Below the pieces are notes generated by a model, which was not told the DNA's origin, made no database searches, and saw only the letters and a list, made by a program, of their open reading frames with translations. DNA of 64,000 nt from Auanema rhodensis (lineage: Eukaryota; Animalia; Nematoda). The stretch covers positions 11,036,001 to 11,100,000 of the forward strand of contig OZ059898.1 of NCBI GenBank assembly GCA_964057225.1, in the 5' to 3' direction. The translations under genes were made by a program, and so were the position numbers. This document shows, piece after piece, positions 1-14,915 of the stretch (within the stretch, counting starts at the first letter, position 1; every line of letters starts with the position of its first letter).

Positions 1-3000
1 ATTCGCCTAGCTGATGAACTTCGTGCTCTCCTGCACATGGCTTTCATGCACTCCGTAGAACAATTCTTGCTCTCTCCGAGTTTATCTCTATCTCTTCCCA
101 TATACACTTATTCACAATTTCTTGTCTCTCTTCTCTATTTTTTTCGTTTACTTGTCCGTCGCCGCTGTAAGTTTTCATCTCTTTTGACAAAATGAAACAG
201 CTTTATGTTCTTTTTTTCTCTGCTCTATCTGTCCTCATCACGAGTTCTCTGGACGTCTAGTGGTCAGCAGTTGTGGTCACATCAGATGCAGAACAAAGAA
301 CATATGACATGAGTTTCTCGCCTTTGCCCTCCAGCCATTATTCTCTTTTTCTTCTAGCTCTCTGTTCGTTTCTCTTACATTCATATGAGTTATCTCATCC
401 TCTTTATTCTATTTTTCTCTGCGTCTACAGATTTTCCATGGTAATATCAGCTAAACGTGAAACATCATAGAACAAGCCAGGAAAGTGGATATGTTGAGAA
501 ATGGGTGAATTGAAATGAAAGCTCTCTGGTCTTCGAAAAAAAAACTCAATTTCGTTGGTTGTTTGTAACCATTGTTCAAACAAGTTTTACATAAAATCTC
601 AAGTTTTCCAAACAAAAACAAGCATGTAAGGCATTATTAAACCTAACGTTAATACATACATGTGATCAAAAAAATTATAACTAAGCATTACTCTCATTAT
701 CATTATCGCTTAAGCTTCGAATAATCTTGGCTTTTGACAACAATCGTAGACAATCTATTTTCGAATTTCGAAAAAAAAATTTGATGCTTGAATAAAGATT
801 AGAAAATAATTTTTCATGAGACATGAATAAAAGTAGTTAAGAAGCTAAATTCAGAAAAGTTTACGCCACATGAAATATGACTTGTCTACGATGTTTCTCC
901 ATTGACGAGCTTTTTGTTCATTATCAAGATTCATATTCAGCAATATAATCACATAACATCGAATCTTCTTCACTTTTTCTTTTTGTTAGCTGAAACAAAA
1001 AAAATTGAAAAGAAGACATCAGGTCTATCTTCAATTTAATCTGAGCAGCCAGCTGAACCAATTTCATTTTGTGAGCTCTAGGGTGGGTATGTGAGTCTCT
1101 GTGTATGTGTCAATATCTTAATGTATTGAACCGACCATTGGTCACTTCATATCATTTGCATTTGCATTTCCCACATAGCTTTTAGTCAAAATGGCCAGAA
1201 GATTATAGGCTTTCATATCAATCTATTTTTGTGAAAGCAAGGCGAAAGAATTTTTTAAATTGATAAATACACATAAAGAGTCATGTTTTGATCACATTTT
1301 TTGGTTCCCGGCTTCTGCAGTAGAAATTTGAGAAGATTGAAAGGATCTAAAGATGATAGAAGTGAACGGCAAGATACGAAGGCATTTCTGTATGAGAATG
1401 AACTGATGTTGGGTTAACGAAATAAGATCCATCGTATACGTTTTTCAAATATTCTATTCTCTCCGTTTCTGTTAGCAACATCAACATGGAGTTTGTTGTT
1501 TCTAGCTCAGCATTCATTGTAAGAAAACGTCAAAATAAAAAACTACAATTTCTAAATGTCATATAATCATCACCATTAGCTGAGGGAACACCATCTTTAG
1601 CTTCGACATCAAAGCCCATTTCTCGAAATTTATGTTTCGTCAACAAAGATCACCACTGTCAGCATAATATAATAATTTCAATAAGGGTACAGAAGTGATG
1701 ATCTGTATAGGTTCAAGCCTTTTCTAAATTTCTCTTTTCTCGTCTCTTCCGATTATCTTCTTCTCTTCTTGATTTCCTAGTCTAAACATAAAAGCAGAAA
1801 ATCGGTAAACAGTCCAAATGATCGAAAATGAAAAAGGAGACAAATCAAAACTTTGGACACGGCATTCGAAAACGTCAAATGCCTTTTCACACCTGCTTTT
1901 TTTGGCCTTTATTATAAATAAAAAGATTATGTTAGTTCAAATTCAAAACATTTTCTTTTTCTCAAAAATATTCTATATATGCAAATTAAGAAACAAAAGA
2001 TTTTGAAATAAAGATGTATAATGGGGAAACTAGACATAAAACAAATGAAAAAAAAAAGAATTAAAAAAAGGAATCTCTGCAACATTCATACATAATAGGT
2101 TATACATAGTTGAGAGATACCTAAATAAAGCAAAAAAAATAGCTATTGTTTGTTTAAGGGAATCCCCTTAAGACCTAAAAAATCTCAGACAATAAACACT
2201 GAAAAATAAAAGAATAACTTCGTTATGTTTTAACAAAAGTTTAAAAAATATGTGAAAACGTGAAACATGCTGGTGTTATAGCTTGTTCTGCATTATTGGG
2301 AAGAAAAATTGTATGGCAAAAGGCATGCTATATCCAAAACCTTCATCTTTGCTAAACTAATACAAAGACATTTGAAACCAATAAATGTATAGAATATAAC
2401 TTATTATAATTTATGAATTGGCATAGAGTATAGTTGTGGTTGTGTTCCGTAAAGAATCGCCGACCACACATGAGAATTAGAATGAAAACCAAATAAAGCC
2501 ATTAATCGAGAAATAGAGAGACTGACGGAGTATATAAGAGTGAAATTCTAGAAGATCTGAATTGTCGTCATCGTTTTCCGAAATGCTGGACGACGTTAGA
2601 AATATTCTTATCTACATACAGACGTACATACGTACATACATATATACAATGACAATGAATGTTCACTGAGCTCTCTACTACGCTCTACTTCTTCTCTTAT
2701 TCCCTTCTTCCTTTCTATCTGTTTCTCTCTATGTTCATGGCTTTGTCAATAGCTAATATCGAGCGTATTCTCCTCAGTTAGTGATGATCTATGATTCGGC
2801 AATCAGTTTTGACGGAAATTTTTACGGAAGAACCTGACTACCAAAACAAATAGGAAACAACTCTAGACAAATCTTTTTCGAGAGCGGGACTGAGAAAAAC
2901 AGTTAACGAGACAGTTCGGCGTTATGAAAAATAGTGTGCGCAGCAATGAGAAAATTAAAATGAAATAATATCCAAACATTAGATATTTTTCAATAAATTT

Positions 3001-4080
3001 CTATTTTTTGTACTATTAATAAGATTATTTTTTTGGCCAATTAATTGATTATCGAAAGATGTTTGCTAAAGAAATTTGACAGAGGTGATTGAAGAACGTT
3101 AAATCATCATGAAGCAGACGACGTGGTACGATGATTTCAGTTGTCTGCACACTGCCGCTGGCTTCAAAAGATATAAAACGATTAAAAAAACTATTGTTTC
3201 TCAAAAAATAATAGCAAAACCGAATGATTTTTAGACGAACACGAATTAGTCGACCGCACAAATTGAATGAACGACAAAAAACCAACTGCAGGCTTGAAGT
3301 TTTTTTTCGTTTGCAATCGCCATCAGCTGAGACCTGGCACCTTGTGCCCCAAAAGATGTAAAAAATGATCAACTATAGGTTGGTTGGATCACTGAAGTTA
3401 AGGACCAGAGGACAAGTAAGTCAAAAATCAGAACCAATAGCAGCCGACATGTTAGTAGGGACAGATGGAAAGAAAATAGTTGAGGGAAGCATTGTAAAAG
3501 TCACTTTCATCCACTTATTATAGCAATTGAAGAAGGTGAAGAATGAAGATTATGATGCTGTTAGGCTTGAAATGCAGTTGAATTAACTGAGTAATTGTTA
3601 TTGAGGAAGCTAAAAATTTAGAATAATAAGATTAAAAATTGTTGTGGGTGTTCAGAAAAAAATGATTTCTCGCCTCATTTACGTGGATTAAAAAAATAAA
3701 AAGCCAGGAAGATGTATAACCCTGCTAGAGACGATGTCGGATGTTATCTCAGGCAATGCTGTGTAGCTCACAAGCTCATTGTAGTTGTAGTGTGATGTAT
3801 GAAAAAAACAAAAAAAAAGGTTTGTTTCTTCAGCGGTAAAATCAGATACTAGACTTTGATCAACAACAATATGTTTCAGATAAAAAGTTTATAATTTTTT
3901 TTATAAAATTGCAGAAGAATTATAGGGAATATGTGTTATGTTCAAAGCCAAGAGGCTGTTCAGAGCAGCGAGAAAATAGGAAAAAACAAGGAACGAATTT
4001 TGGGAATATATGAAGATAGATAAGGAGAAGGTAGAAACAAAAAAAGAGACAGTCATATGAAAAAGAGGAAAAGGGAAAAC

Positions 4081-4087
4081 GAGAGAT

Positions 4088-4130
<43 letters not shown>
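4081..4130. repeat. (GA)n microsatellite
   Basis: Direct observation. Confidence 0.95.
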
Positions 4131-4134
<4 letters not shown>

Positions 4135-7100
4135 AATAGGAATATATAAGTGGGAGAAACAGACAACAAACTAGTGTCAGTTGAACTCAAATGTTTCAAT
4201 TGGTGGCTTATTTGAAATATATTAAAATAAAAAAAAATAATGTAATATTTCCACACTCTCTTTTTTTCATTTTCATGTTGATTTCCTCTCACACTCTCTG
4301 ACTTTTTAATTTCTTTTCTTTTCTTCCCTTTTCTTCCTTTTTTTCCCGTGTATAAGAGATAATTAATCGATGAAATCACTATTAGTCACGATTGCATTGC
4401 TTAATAAGGAAAAGATAAGGAATTGGCTGAGCTTAATCAGATATGGAAAGAGAACGAAAAACAAGAATTTTCAAACAGCTAATGTAACTAGGAAAAGCAA
4501 GATGATTTCGTCAAGATTATTCAAAAAATTCAAATTTAACATACAAAAAATTGACGATTCATTCTGAACATTTATTTTTTGTGTTCAGAGCAAGCATTTT
4601 ATAGAATTGTATCTTGTATAATTTCATAAAATATAATAAATAAAAATTTAAATAGAATATCTAATGAGCATAGAAAATGTATAATCAAAATATAAATTTT
4701 GATTCATTGCATGAATACTATAATTCATCTTAATCAATAGATCATTCAATTCATACATCTTAAATTCATTCATATTTCTTTTGTTTGAAAAAAAAAAGAA
4801 AAAACAAACATGATTACAAGTTCTAGTTTACTCTAAGAGCTGTTGAACACAGCACAACCGTTTTCTGCAAGAACATTGAAGTAAATGAATCATTCAATCA
4901 AAAAAAAAATTAATACATATTTTGATTGAAACATAATTCAATTTGTTTTAATTTGAGAATATTTTGCATTATATAGCATTATATAATATAGTTAAAATGA
5001 ATGAAGCTTTAAAACAAAAACAATTAGCTTATAGCATATCCAAAAGTACAATTTGTCTGATTTTGGTAAGCAAAATGGATAAAAAAATAAATAAAAGCCA
5101 ATTTCAAAATAGGTTATTTAATAAAGTAATTTCAGATTCTACCCGTACATGATCATAAGTTTCGTAACTGATTTGAGAAGAGTGCACATACTGCGGCACA
5201 TACACATGCACAACCATATGTATGTATTAGGAATGTTTCTCGAAAGTTTGATTGAGCTTCACAATATGGTTTTTATCTAAGAACAAAAGAGAAAAACGAA
5301 GAAGACATAAAAATAAGTTAAAACTCTTCTCAACATTCTTTTAGATATTTCAACATGTTCACATCAAATCTTCAGTTTGTTTAAAAGTAGTTGTTTTACA
5401 ATTCACAACATGCAAAGACAAAGAAAAGTTTGAAAAGATGAATAAGAATAAATATGTTTTAGTCAATCAGGAGATTATATTTATTTCAAGATAGATACAT
5501 AAACATGTGTATTATGTATGTATATGTATATCTCAATCTATTCAGAGCATGATGATGATCAGGAATTTTGTTTCCAATAAGATATGCTTGTATATTAGAA
5601 ATACAAGATTTTTATTTTTATTTAAACAAACAGATTTATGAGAATTTAAATTTACAAACAGAATTTCTTCATTTTATAAAACTGACATATACTATACACA
5701 TATTTATACTATGTGTCTTAGAAGTAGTTGAAAGAAAAGAAAAATAGTTCTGGACGAAACTGAACATTTTTGGAAAAAAAGAGAATAAGAATAGAATGAA
5801 AAAGCAGAAGGAGAAGACGGAGAAGAGCAAATCTCCCTCAAGAACCAAAATTATAGCTATAAGAAACGAAAAATTGCTTGAAAAATTGCTATGTTGTGCT
5901 GTGTATGCTTCTGCTGTCACAGGATATGTGTAAGTGCGTATATATGTTGTTATTGTGTTTTTTTTTCTCGAAGGTTAACATTACAACCGTGAAAAAATAA
6001 TATTAGATACATTGAATTGTTTTCTTATTTCAAAAATCAAATGAAATATTAGGATTGATAAAGGTTATGCATACATATATTTAGCAAATCAACAGCTAGA
6101 ACAGGTATATACACAGAGATTTCATTTTTTTTTAAATAAATAAATTTCTTTTTTTTTTCATTTATGCTATGGATTTATATACAGAATACTTATCTTTGAA
6201 TTAATGGAACCAAAATCATATTTCATTGAAAGCAGAAGATAAGAAAAACGTATTGTGAAGAGTAAGAGGAAAAAGGACATAAGCTAGATGAAAAGCATAT
6301 ATTGTAATAGTTAACTGTGATACTTCTCGATGTTCGTTTAATAAAATGAAGAAAAATAAATAAGTTGAGTTAAAGAAAAATAGATGACGAGAAGAGGAAG
6401 AAGAAGAGGATGAGGTGAGAACTTTGAACATGTTTTGTATTGTTATATAGTGTCTGTATAAAATCTGTCTGAAATTTTGATGACATCTGCTTTGAATACT
6501 ATAAAAATATAAAATATAATATTAGATACATCTATTTATCCTGCATATGTACGCATATACAATATGTTGTTGAATAACTATATGTTTAGTTGTGATGGAA
6601 AAAAATATAATATATAATATGTATTAGTTGATCATTGAACTATAATGCTTAATCGCAATGGCCAACATTGGTATCATGTTAGCAGCCTGTTAAGCTTTCG
6701 TACAGGATATTTTATAATGCCCTTGGAAGCAAAATTTTGATTTTCGGTTAGTGTATAAGTGTTGATAAGATATAGGAAATCCTTCTGCTAAGAAGGCAAT
6801 AGCTTTTTATAAATCAGCTCATCGACGTCAAATTTGGTTGTTGATAATGCGCGAAATGAAAAAATAACTCGAGAAACAGAGTTGAGATAAAAACAAACAA
6901 AATACAAGTGATGGTTATAATTCCTGGACTCTCTCTCTCTCTCTCTTTCTTTCTCTTTCTCTTGAACTCCGTCATTGACAGCTTAAGAAAGGTTCCGCTA
7001 GCTTTTCCTTATGATCCACCACTGCGGCTACAGCGATACCCATACACATAGTTGTGGACATGGAACACACAGAAAAACCAGTAAGTGATTCGAAATAAAG

Positions 7101-7152
7101 GCTTTTCACTGACAATCGTCATCAATTCGTCGTTCGCGGAACAGCAATTCAA

Positions 7153-7156
<4 letters not shown>

Positions 7157-7223
<67 letters not shown>
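7157..7223. repeat. (CT)n microsatellite
   Basis: Direct observation. Confidence 0.95.
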
Positions 7224-7226
<3 letters not shown>

Positions 7227-10200
7227 ATAAATGACGACCAGCATATACAACACATAAAGAGAGCTCAGCGTATTTCTTCCTTCCTCTCTTTGAGGCGTTT
7301 TCACACTCGGTCTAAAATGCTCTCCTTACTCTTTTCCTATCTCTTCTTAAATTATGCCAACATACACATGAAGGAAGGACAAGCAAGTTTGAAAACAATT
7401 TAAATATTTTGTGCACTTGGATGTGAATTTTAAGGATTTCCCTTCGTAAATTGTAGTAAAAAGTAAGAAACAGAGAATAAAAAGGTTTCAGTATGTAAAG
7501 CATTCGTACAATTAACGAATTTAGATATGAAGATATATTATCTGATGAGCTAAGTACATAACAGCAATTCAATCATGCTTAACTTATCGCTTTCATGCCA
7601 AAATGAATAGACGAATATATGCATATGATTTTCAAATCTAATAGAATGAGAAAAACAAATTTTTAGTTTCAGAAATAGGAAGGATCATGAAGCTGATTTG
7701 CTTGAAAAAGAAAGCAATTTCTTAAAAAATTTAAAATTTCTTAAAATGTATAGCCGAAATAAGCAGTAACTAGAAAAGAAGTAAGAATACAATGGTTTGT
7801 ATGACTAGAAATAGAGCTGAAAAGTAGCGTCAGTTTATGTTTACGTGTAACAGGAATGCCAATGAATGATTTGGAGAAAATGAACTTTTCAGAACAAACC
7901 TAGTTCTTTACATCATATCAACAAGTATACAAAGGATAGAGTGGTGAGATGAAGTTGAAGCCACTAACATAAGCATCAGACGCAAGCCCAGTAGTAGTTC
8001 CAGCTAGCTAGTAAGCAGTAGAAAGACATAACAACATTCAAAGCGCCAAAACACTCTCGTGCCTCTTGGCATTATTCGTTCTCTTTCTCCTTTTCTTTAT
8101 TTCTTTTTTCTCTTTCAGTCTGGCACTTTTCCTTACTATTTCTGACTTTTTTTACTTTCTTCTTCCACGATGTTTTTTTTCTCATTCAGCTTTCTTTTAC
8201 TTTTTTTGTATCCAATACACAACACAAAAACTATCATGCCATATACTACTAATTTAGTAAACGTATTCATCAACCATTACCATAATAAAGTCAGTTTTAA
8301 GTTTTTTTCAATATTTCTTCATGAAACTTTTTATTTGAAAAAGTCTTATGAATGAGTTGTTTTCAAGCTAATGAATTTTAAAATTTGATTATATAAAAAA
8401 TTAAATTGTACATAAAGCATTCATATTATAAATAGAAAACGAGATATTGAAAATTTAAAAATCTTTTAATTCTAAAGAAACTATAAGCTATTTATTCAGA
8501 TATGAGTTAATTAATTTGAAATTTTGACGTATCTAAACCTAGGTATACATAGTGTTTTTACGAAAGTAGATCAAAGTAAGTGAAGAGCAAGAAGAAAAAG
8601 AAGAGATTTCCAGGGCTTCGGTTAGAGGGCTAGCGTCGCTTTCCTCATTTGTTGCTTAGCAACCTTTAACCAGTTTTTGCACCCAGATTTGTATATGATT
8701 TGAATTGGAGAAAGCATAACTGAGTTTTATTATGGCTTATGAGATCAGATAACTGAACAATTTGACCATTAACATAGCTGAATAACAAAAAATGATCTAA
8801 TGATCGAGAAAGAGGATGTAAGGAATCAAAGAGATTAAAGAACAAAGCAAAAGAGGGACAGAGAAGGATAAAAAAGTAATAAAAATAACATTATAAATAT
8901 TCTATTCATGTTATTATAAAAAGAAAATTAAGAAACCATCTTAATTATGGGATATGATGTTGCATAAACAACATATATTTTCCCATCAAATGGTATCTGT
9001 ATGAAATTTTCCTCATGAACTTTATAAATTAAATTTTGATTCAAAAACAATTAAGAAAAAGACAGTTTTGTCAGGTGTGTATACTATATGAGATTTCAGT
9101 GATGTTTGTATACTATAAATATGTTTTTTTGAGTAAAAATTATTTTTCTATATTGTTATTGAATCAAGAAATTAAATATATTATATTAATATATGTACAA
9201 CATATGTATATATATATATTTTTTTTTTTGAAAAAAAAAATATTAATAATACATGTATGTATAGATGTACATATAACATAGTATATAACGTATACATATG
9301 CAGAAAAATTTATATTTATTATATCTAAGAGAGATCAATTAACTATATCTTTTTTCTTTTTCCTTTTTTTTTCAGCTCTAAAAATGAATGACATGTTTAA
9401 GTTAGTTATTTGAAAATCTATATAGATATATTATGTATAGTTTATATAATATATATTCATTAAATATATAATATGTAAAAGAAACAGAAAAAAAGTATAA
9501 TTTGATGATCTACTTAATGTAAAAGAAAGAAAGTGAAATAAAAGTAAAAGAGTTTAACACAACAGAATGTTGTGAAGTGAGAGTAACAATAATAAAAAAA
9601 TAAGACGTGAAAAGCAAAAAAAAACGAAAAATGTAGCAAAATAGAGATAAAAAAGCATTTAAGCAGCATGTGTAGCTGTTGCATGTTTGCTGAAAGTTCG
9701 ACAATTAGATTCTGATACTAACACTCCAGATTGTAAAGATTATTTAGTCCTTGAGCAAAAGTATAGTATATTGTTGATGAAAACCTGAGAAAAAGAAGAG
9801 ACATAGAGAGAACAATTCAAAAGCATATTTCCAGTAATATCATATAACCTCAACATTAAATATGAGAATAATTAGTAAACATAAGCTGATATTATCACTA
9901 TACTTTCTATTAGTTGAGTGTATATAATGTTACATGAAGTAGTATCTCTAAGGATATTAGATCATGATAGGAACAGATTTCAACGTAGCAAATATTTTTA
10001 CTATTCCCAGTAGACTAACTATGAAACTAAACGGCCGAAGATCGACAAAGCCGCAAAAAGCAAGACGAAGAGGATAGGATAAGAAAAAGAAAAAAAAACT
10101 TTTTTTTGTGTGTTAATATCCAAATATCATATGACTGACCAAAACTTTCGACCAATAGTGCTATTATTCTGAAGAACAAGAAAAAATATTTCAAATATAG

Positions 10201-11307
10201 CATATAGTATACATAAGCATGTAGAAGATAAATGAATGTGAAAGTACTTTTAATGTACATTGATATACTATATATACATATACATATAGTTAAATTGAAA
10301 ACAAAGTCATATATCTATATATCTATATATATATATATATGCATAGTATATATAAAAATATTTGAGAATTTTAAGATTTCATCAAGAATATTTAATAGTT
10401 TTCTCTTTTTCGCTATGATAGATATTATGATCGCTTATAGATATGATGAGAAATTAAATGAAAAATTATAAATTAACAATAGTAAATATCGCATGACATA
10501 TTGTAAATTTTAAACCAATAATTTGTGATACGTCACATATATATTTAAAATAATAGCATATATGTAAATTTATAGTTTTTATTATATTTATAATAAAAAA
10601 TTTAAAAGTTTAAATTTATCTTTATGTTAAGCTAATTATTTAATTGTAATTCTATAGCCTCATTGAACTTAGTTTTATCTGACTCCGATGAAGCCAATAA
10701 AATAATAAAAAGGACGTCAACATAATGGAAAAAAAATAGAAAAATTCTAAAAATATTCATAGCTAGCATGCACTGCTATTCTGTGATTGTTGGAATAAAT
10801 AGCTAAAGTAAGAAGGTTTCAACAAATAATTTGAAATATCTATGGCCCATTGGGATTCACTGATTGAAGAAATGCATATGGGAATCTTTTTTTTTGCTTT
10901 ACGAACCATTACATTCAATCTTCTAATCCAATATAAGAAAATGTGATATAGTTATGATACATATACATATACATATGTATATGCGAATAAAAAAGTGCAA
11001 AATATGGATGTACTGTGTATTTTTTGTCGCCAAAAATACATAACAAAGTTTTAAATAGAAAGGAAACAGAAATTAAAAGATGAAAATAACATTTTGCTTT
11101 ATATTTTTGATATAAATAAGATGAAAATATTTTATTTATTCATAATGTTTACACTATTTGCTCATCATATCGAACCACTGCTACTGTTTGTTATGTTTAA
11201 GGCTATACCAGTAGTGTTTCATTTCGATATAAGTAAACTAAATTTGTTGATTTATCATGTTTTTCGTATAGTTTTGGTGAAGTTAGAAGAGGATTTATGA
11301 TACTTAC

Positions 11308-11396
11308 CGCTTTCTAGGTAAAACAAGCCCTTCTGATTTAGGATGCAGAAAAAGATTATTTAATCTCCAAGCAGAATGTGAAGATAATGATGTCAT
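11308..11396 (-). CDS. Alternative first exon of a short TSC22-type isoform (MTSLSSHSAWRLNNLFLHPKSEGLVLPRKR)
   Basis: cag|ATG start and a strong CG|gtaagt donor in phase 2, the same phase as the long-isoform donor at 14916. A GC-richer island lies upstream at 11740-11890. Confidence 0.6.
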
Positions 11397-11988
11397 CTGT
11401 GTATTGAAGAAGACCTGATAGGTAGAATGTATTAACAACATTTTAGAGAGATTATCACAGCCAAATTTAATTTGGAAGAGACAACGATTATGAAAAATGA
11501 AAACAAGTAATACATTTCTTAAATGAAGCAAATATTATGAGAATAAATAGAAGATTTTAAGAGATTAATGTTAAAAACATTAAGAAAAAGTATGCGTTGG
11601 AAGCTATCAAATTATATTCTGATCAATGTCAAGTCTTGTCAACATAATATGATATATTAGGGCAAATACATGATATTTCATATTATCTTATTATCTTCTA
11701 TATAATAAAAAAAAAGAAAACCATAATGATGATGTTGAGATGGGACACGAAAGCTGCCGTGAGAAGGACACAAGTAGGGATAGCCAAGCAGTCTGCGATG
11801 AGATCTGTAAGCGGACTACGAAGAGCCGAAGCTTAAACAAAGCCGTTTTCTGCGCGCGAAAACAGAAAGACAGTGGAACTGAGAGTAAGATGGTACATGT
11901 TTTAGAGACAGAGAGAGAAAAAGAAAAATAGAAAAAGGTAAAAAGATATTTTATATAATGAGAGTTTGACTGTGTAGGAGGTATTGAT

Positions 11989-12001
11989 GGGGGGGGGGGG
12001 G
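11989..12001 (+). repeat. Poly-G tract (G13)
   Basis: Direct observation. Confidence 0.9.
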
Positions 12002-14915
12002 TTTGTTGCTCTTTAAAACTGAGGAAAAGGATGCAAGCTTATCTTCATTGGTTTAAAAACTAAAAAGTAAGAAGATTGGAGAAGGTTATAAAATTATTAA
12101 ACCTCCTTGAGTTGTCCTAATTCAGCTTCTATCTCTTCTCTCTCACACATTTTTCTCACTGCCTCCGATAAGCTGTCTTTTTTTGGTTTTTATCTGATAC
12201 CTATTTCGCACTCTATTTCCAGTTGTACTCTCGGTCTCACTACCTCATTTCCTCTACTTCCCTGTTTCTCTCATCTTCACCTTTTATCTGTTAATATTTC
12301 GGTTCTTAACTATTTTTGTCAGGTTTTGGTTGATTTATACGTTGTTTGAACCTTCAAAAGTATATTTGCATAATCTAAGCTAAAGGTCTAGTCAATTGGA
12401 CTACAGTTAAAACTAATGAAAAGATTCCATTTGATGACCATTTGTTTTTTGATAAGATGAATAAGTTAGACTTCTTGAAGATATTGTATTACCCACATTA
12501 TTTGTAATCTTTTAAAATCTTTCTTCCTTCTTTCAAATTGTCAGATCAATGAAATAATTTAGTTACAACCATCTCAAAGATTACTGTAGTTTTAAGCAGA
12601 AAGAAAAAGGGATAAGCAAACGTTTCGTTCAGATTCTTCCTATTGATGTCCGTAATAGTAAATAAATAAAATAAAAAGAATATATATTGATAGAAGGCGA
12701 AAGTACTTATGAACGCTTTGTAGCAGTAACTTTTCGATCGCAAAAATATGAAGCTGGAAGAATCAGAAGAAAATGAAAATTTTATGTTTGGGAAACATAA
12801 CATACATAAACAATAATATCGCTGAATTAAACTAGCTCACTTTAGTGTTTAGCTTATAATATTTAAAAGTATTCCATAAGATATAGTTATAAGCATAATC
12901 TCATGTATAAATTAAGTTTTTGTCAAGTTTCAAGCATGTTATAAGTTTTTCTCTCAGGCAGCTTTTTTTTCTTTTTTTTTAATCGGTGATTTAACAACAG
13001 GTCATTCACAGTCATTAACTCGAATTTAAAGAAAAGAAAAAAACGGGGAAAAACTCTCTGAGAAAGAGAGAGAAAGAGAGAAAGAGAGAGTGGGGAGAAG
13101 GTAGAGATGGAGAGACAAAATATAGATAAGGATTAGAAGGGAAACAAAACTAAAGAAAACGTGATAGAAGGCTAGATGAGAAGAGTACACGGTTAATCGA
13201 CAAACTATCAGAGAAACAGTCTCTCCCAATGACAACTAGACACAAACAATCGGGGCTGTTCGACTCAATATCAGAACTCATCGAAAGACCAAACTGTTTT
13301 CAAAAATCATTCCTACTCTTGATCATTAGGAACGTAGATCTTTTGAGAGTTAAATAATCAAATACCGTAGTCTATTTGAGATTTCTCGAAGCGAGGGGGG
13401 ATGAGAGATACTGGAGGGCAAATGATGATAATACAAGATGATCTCATATAGAAATTTAGAAGTATCACAAGAATTTTAATTGATTTCGAGAATAAACAAC
13501 AAAAAAATTTCGAGAACGTTCTGAAGATACGGCTGTTGCTTGAAAGTTTAACTTTAGCCAACTTGAGTACAAAAACTGCTCGCGGAAAGAATTAATTTCC
13601 CTGAAAAGATTTCAAGCAACCCACGTCTATCATAGTATATGTTTGGAAAAAAAAAAGAATTGTAGAAAAACAGCAACAGAAAAGTTTCTTTAGGAAATGA
13701 GAATATTGAATAAAAAGAAGAAGAAATACTAGAATCATAGAAATATTATTTTTTGTGAAGTTTTTATAGATATATGGAATAATTTTCAAACACGTTCAGC
13801 TGATAGGTTGCTGAATCAAAATTACTCATAGGAAATATTATGGTTGTATGTTTTTGTGATACTAAATTTAGCATGGAATAGAATATTGAATGAAGTTAAA
13901 TGATTGGATTATTTTTGACGAAAAAAAATCAAAAAAGCAATCAGTGAGAGATAGGGAGACGAACCAGTTCGAATGAGTTGCAACAAAGAAAATATAAATA
14001 TTTGACTAAAATAGCAGACAAATTTAATTATTTTTTAAGAAATCAATTGATTAGGACTACTTATGTATTTAATTATTAAATAATGCTTAATACAGACAGA
14101 AATTTCCAATAAATGCTTAATTTCGATGAATTAACGTGAAACACGGATGAAGCAGATATTAGAAAGATTTCTGAAAACTTAGAAGAAAATTCATGAAAAA
14201 ACTATGAAATGTGACACAAGAGCTAGCCAACTGTTTCAAGTGAAACAGGCAAGTGATAATTTAAACTTAACTGAGCCGCATATGTTTTATGTTTTTCAGT
14301 CAAGTAACTTATTTTGAACATTAAAGATTTAATATGATTTGAAGAAATGATTACAAAATTATTTTTAGAAAATATTTAAAACAGTTTTAAAAGAATAATA
14401 TTGATGAATGTATATATTTAACAGTTTTAAGTAGAGGTTTTAAGTGTGAAAAGTTAAATAAATGTATTATGAATAAAATTTGTATAATATTAGTTGCTCT
14501 AATATTATATTATATTACATAATATACATGTATGTAGATTGTACGAAGATCTCATGATTAGGAAGGTATATCAAAGATCTGTGATACTAATAGAGTCAGT
14601 TAGTGAGTCTGCTCAATTTTTAAAAAGTTAAAGCTCACTAATCCGATTTACAGACTAATCGCTCATCGTTCAAACGGTATAGAGGTGATACACCCGTTTT
14701 CGTATACGTCATTTTTTGTTTGTCACAAAAAACATTTATCAAACAACGAATTTAAATATTTTTGGCAATCGTTGGTTTAATCTTAATGATGTAAGAGATT
14801 CGAGATTCATCAGGTTGTTGTATACAGAAAAATGTTGCAGTTTTATAAGAAAATCCGACACATGACTATCGTCCCATATCTCCATTTATTTTTTGTTTTC
14901 AGAAAATGAACTAAC

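Noticed and set aside
1-47. Minus-strand ATG frame MKAMCRRARSSSARR running off the window edge (possible fourth TSC22 first exon)
   Set aside because: No convincing acceptor upstream, and the donor cannot be seen.
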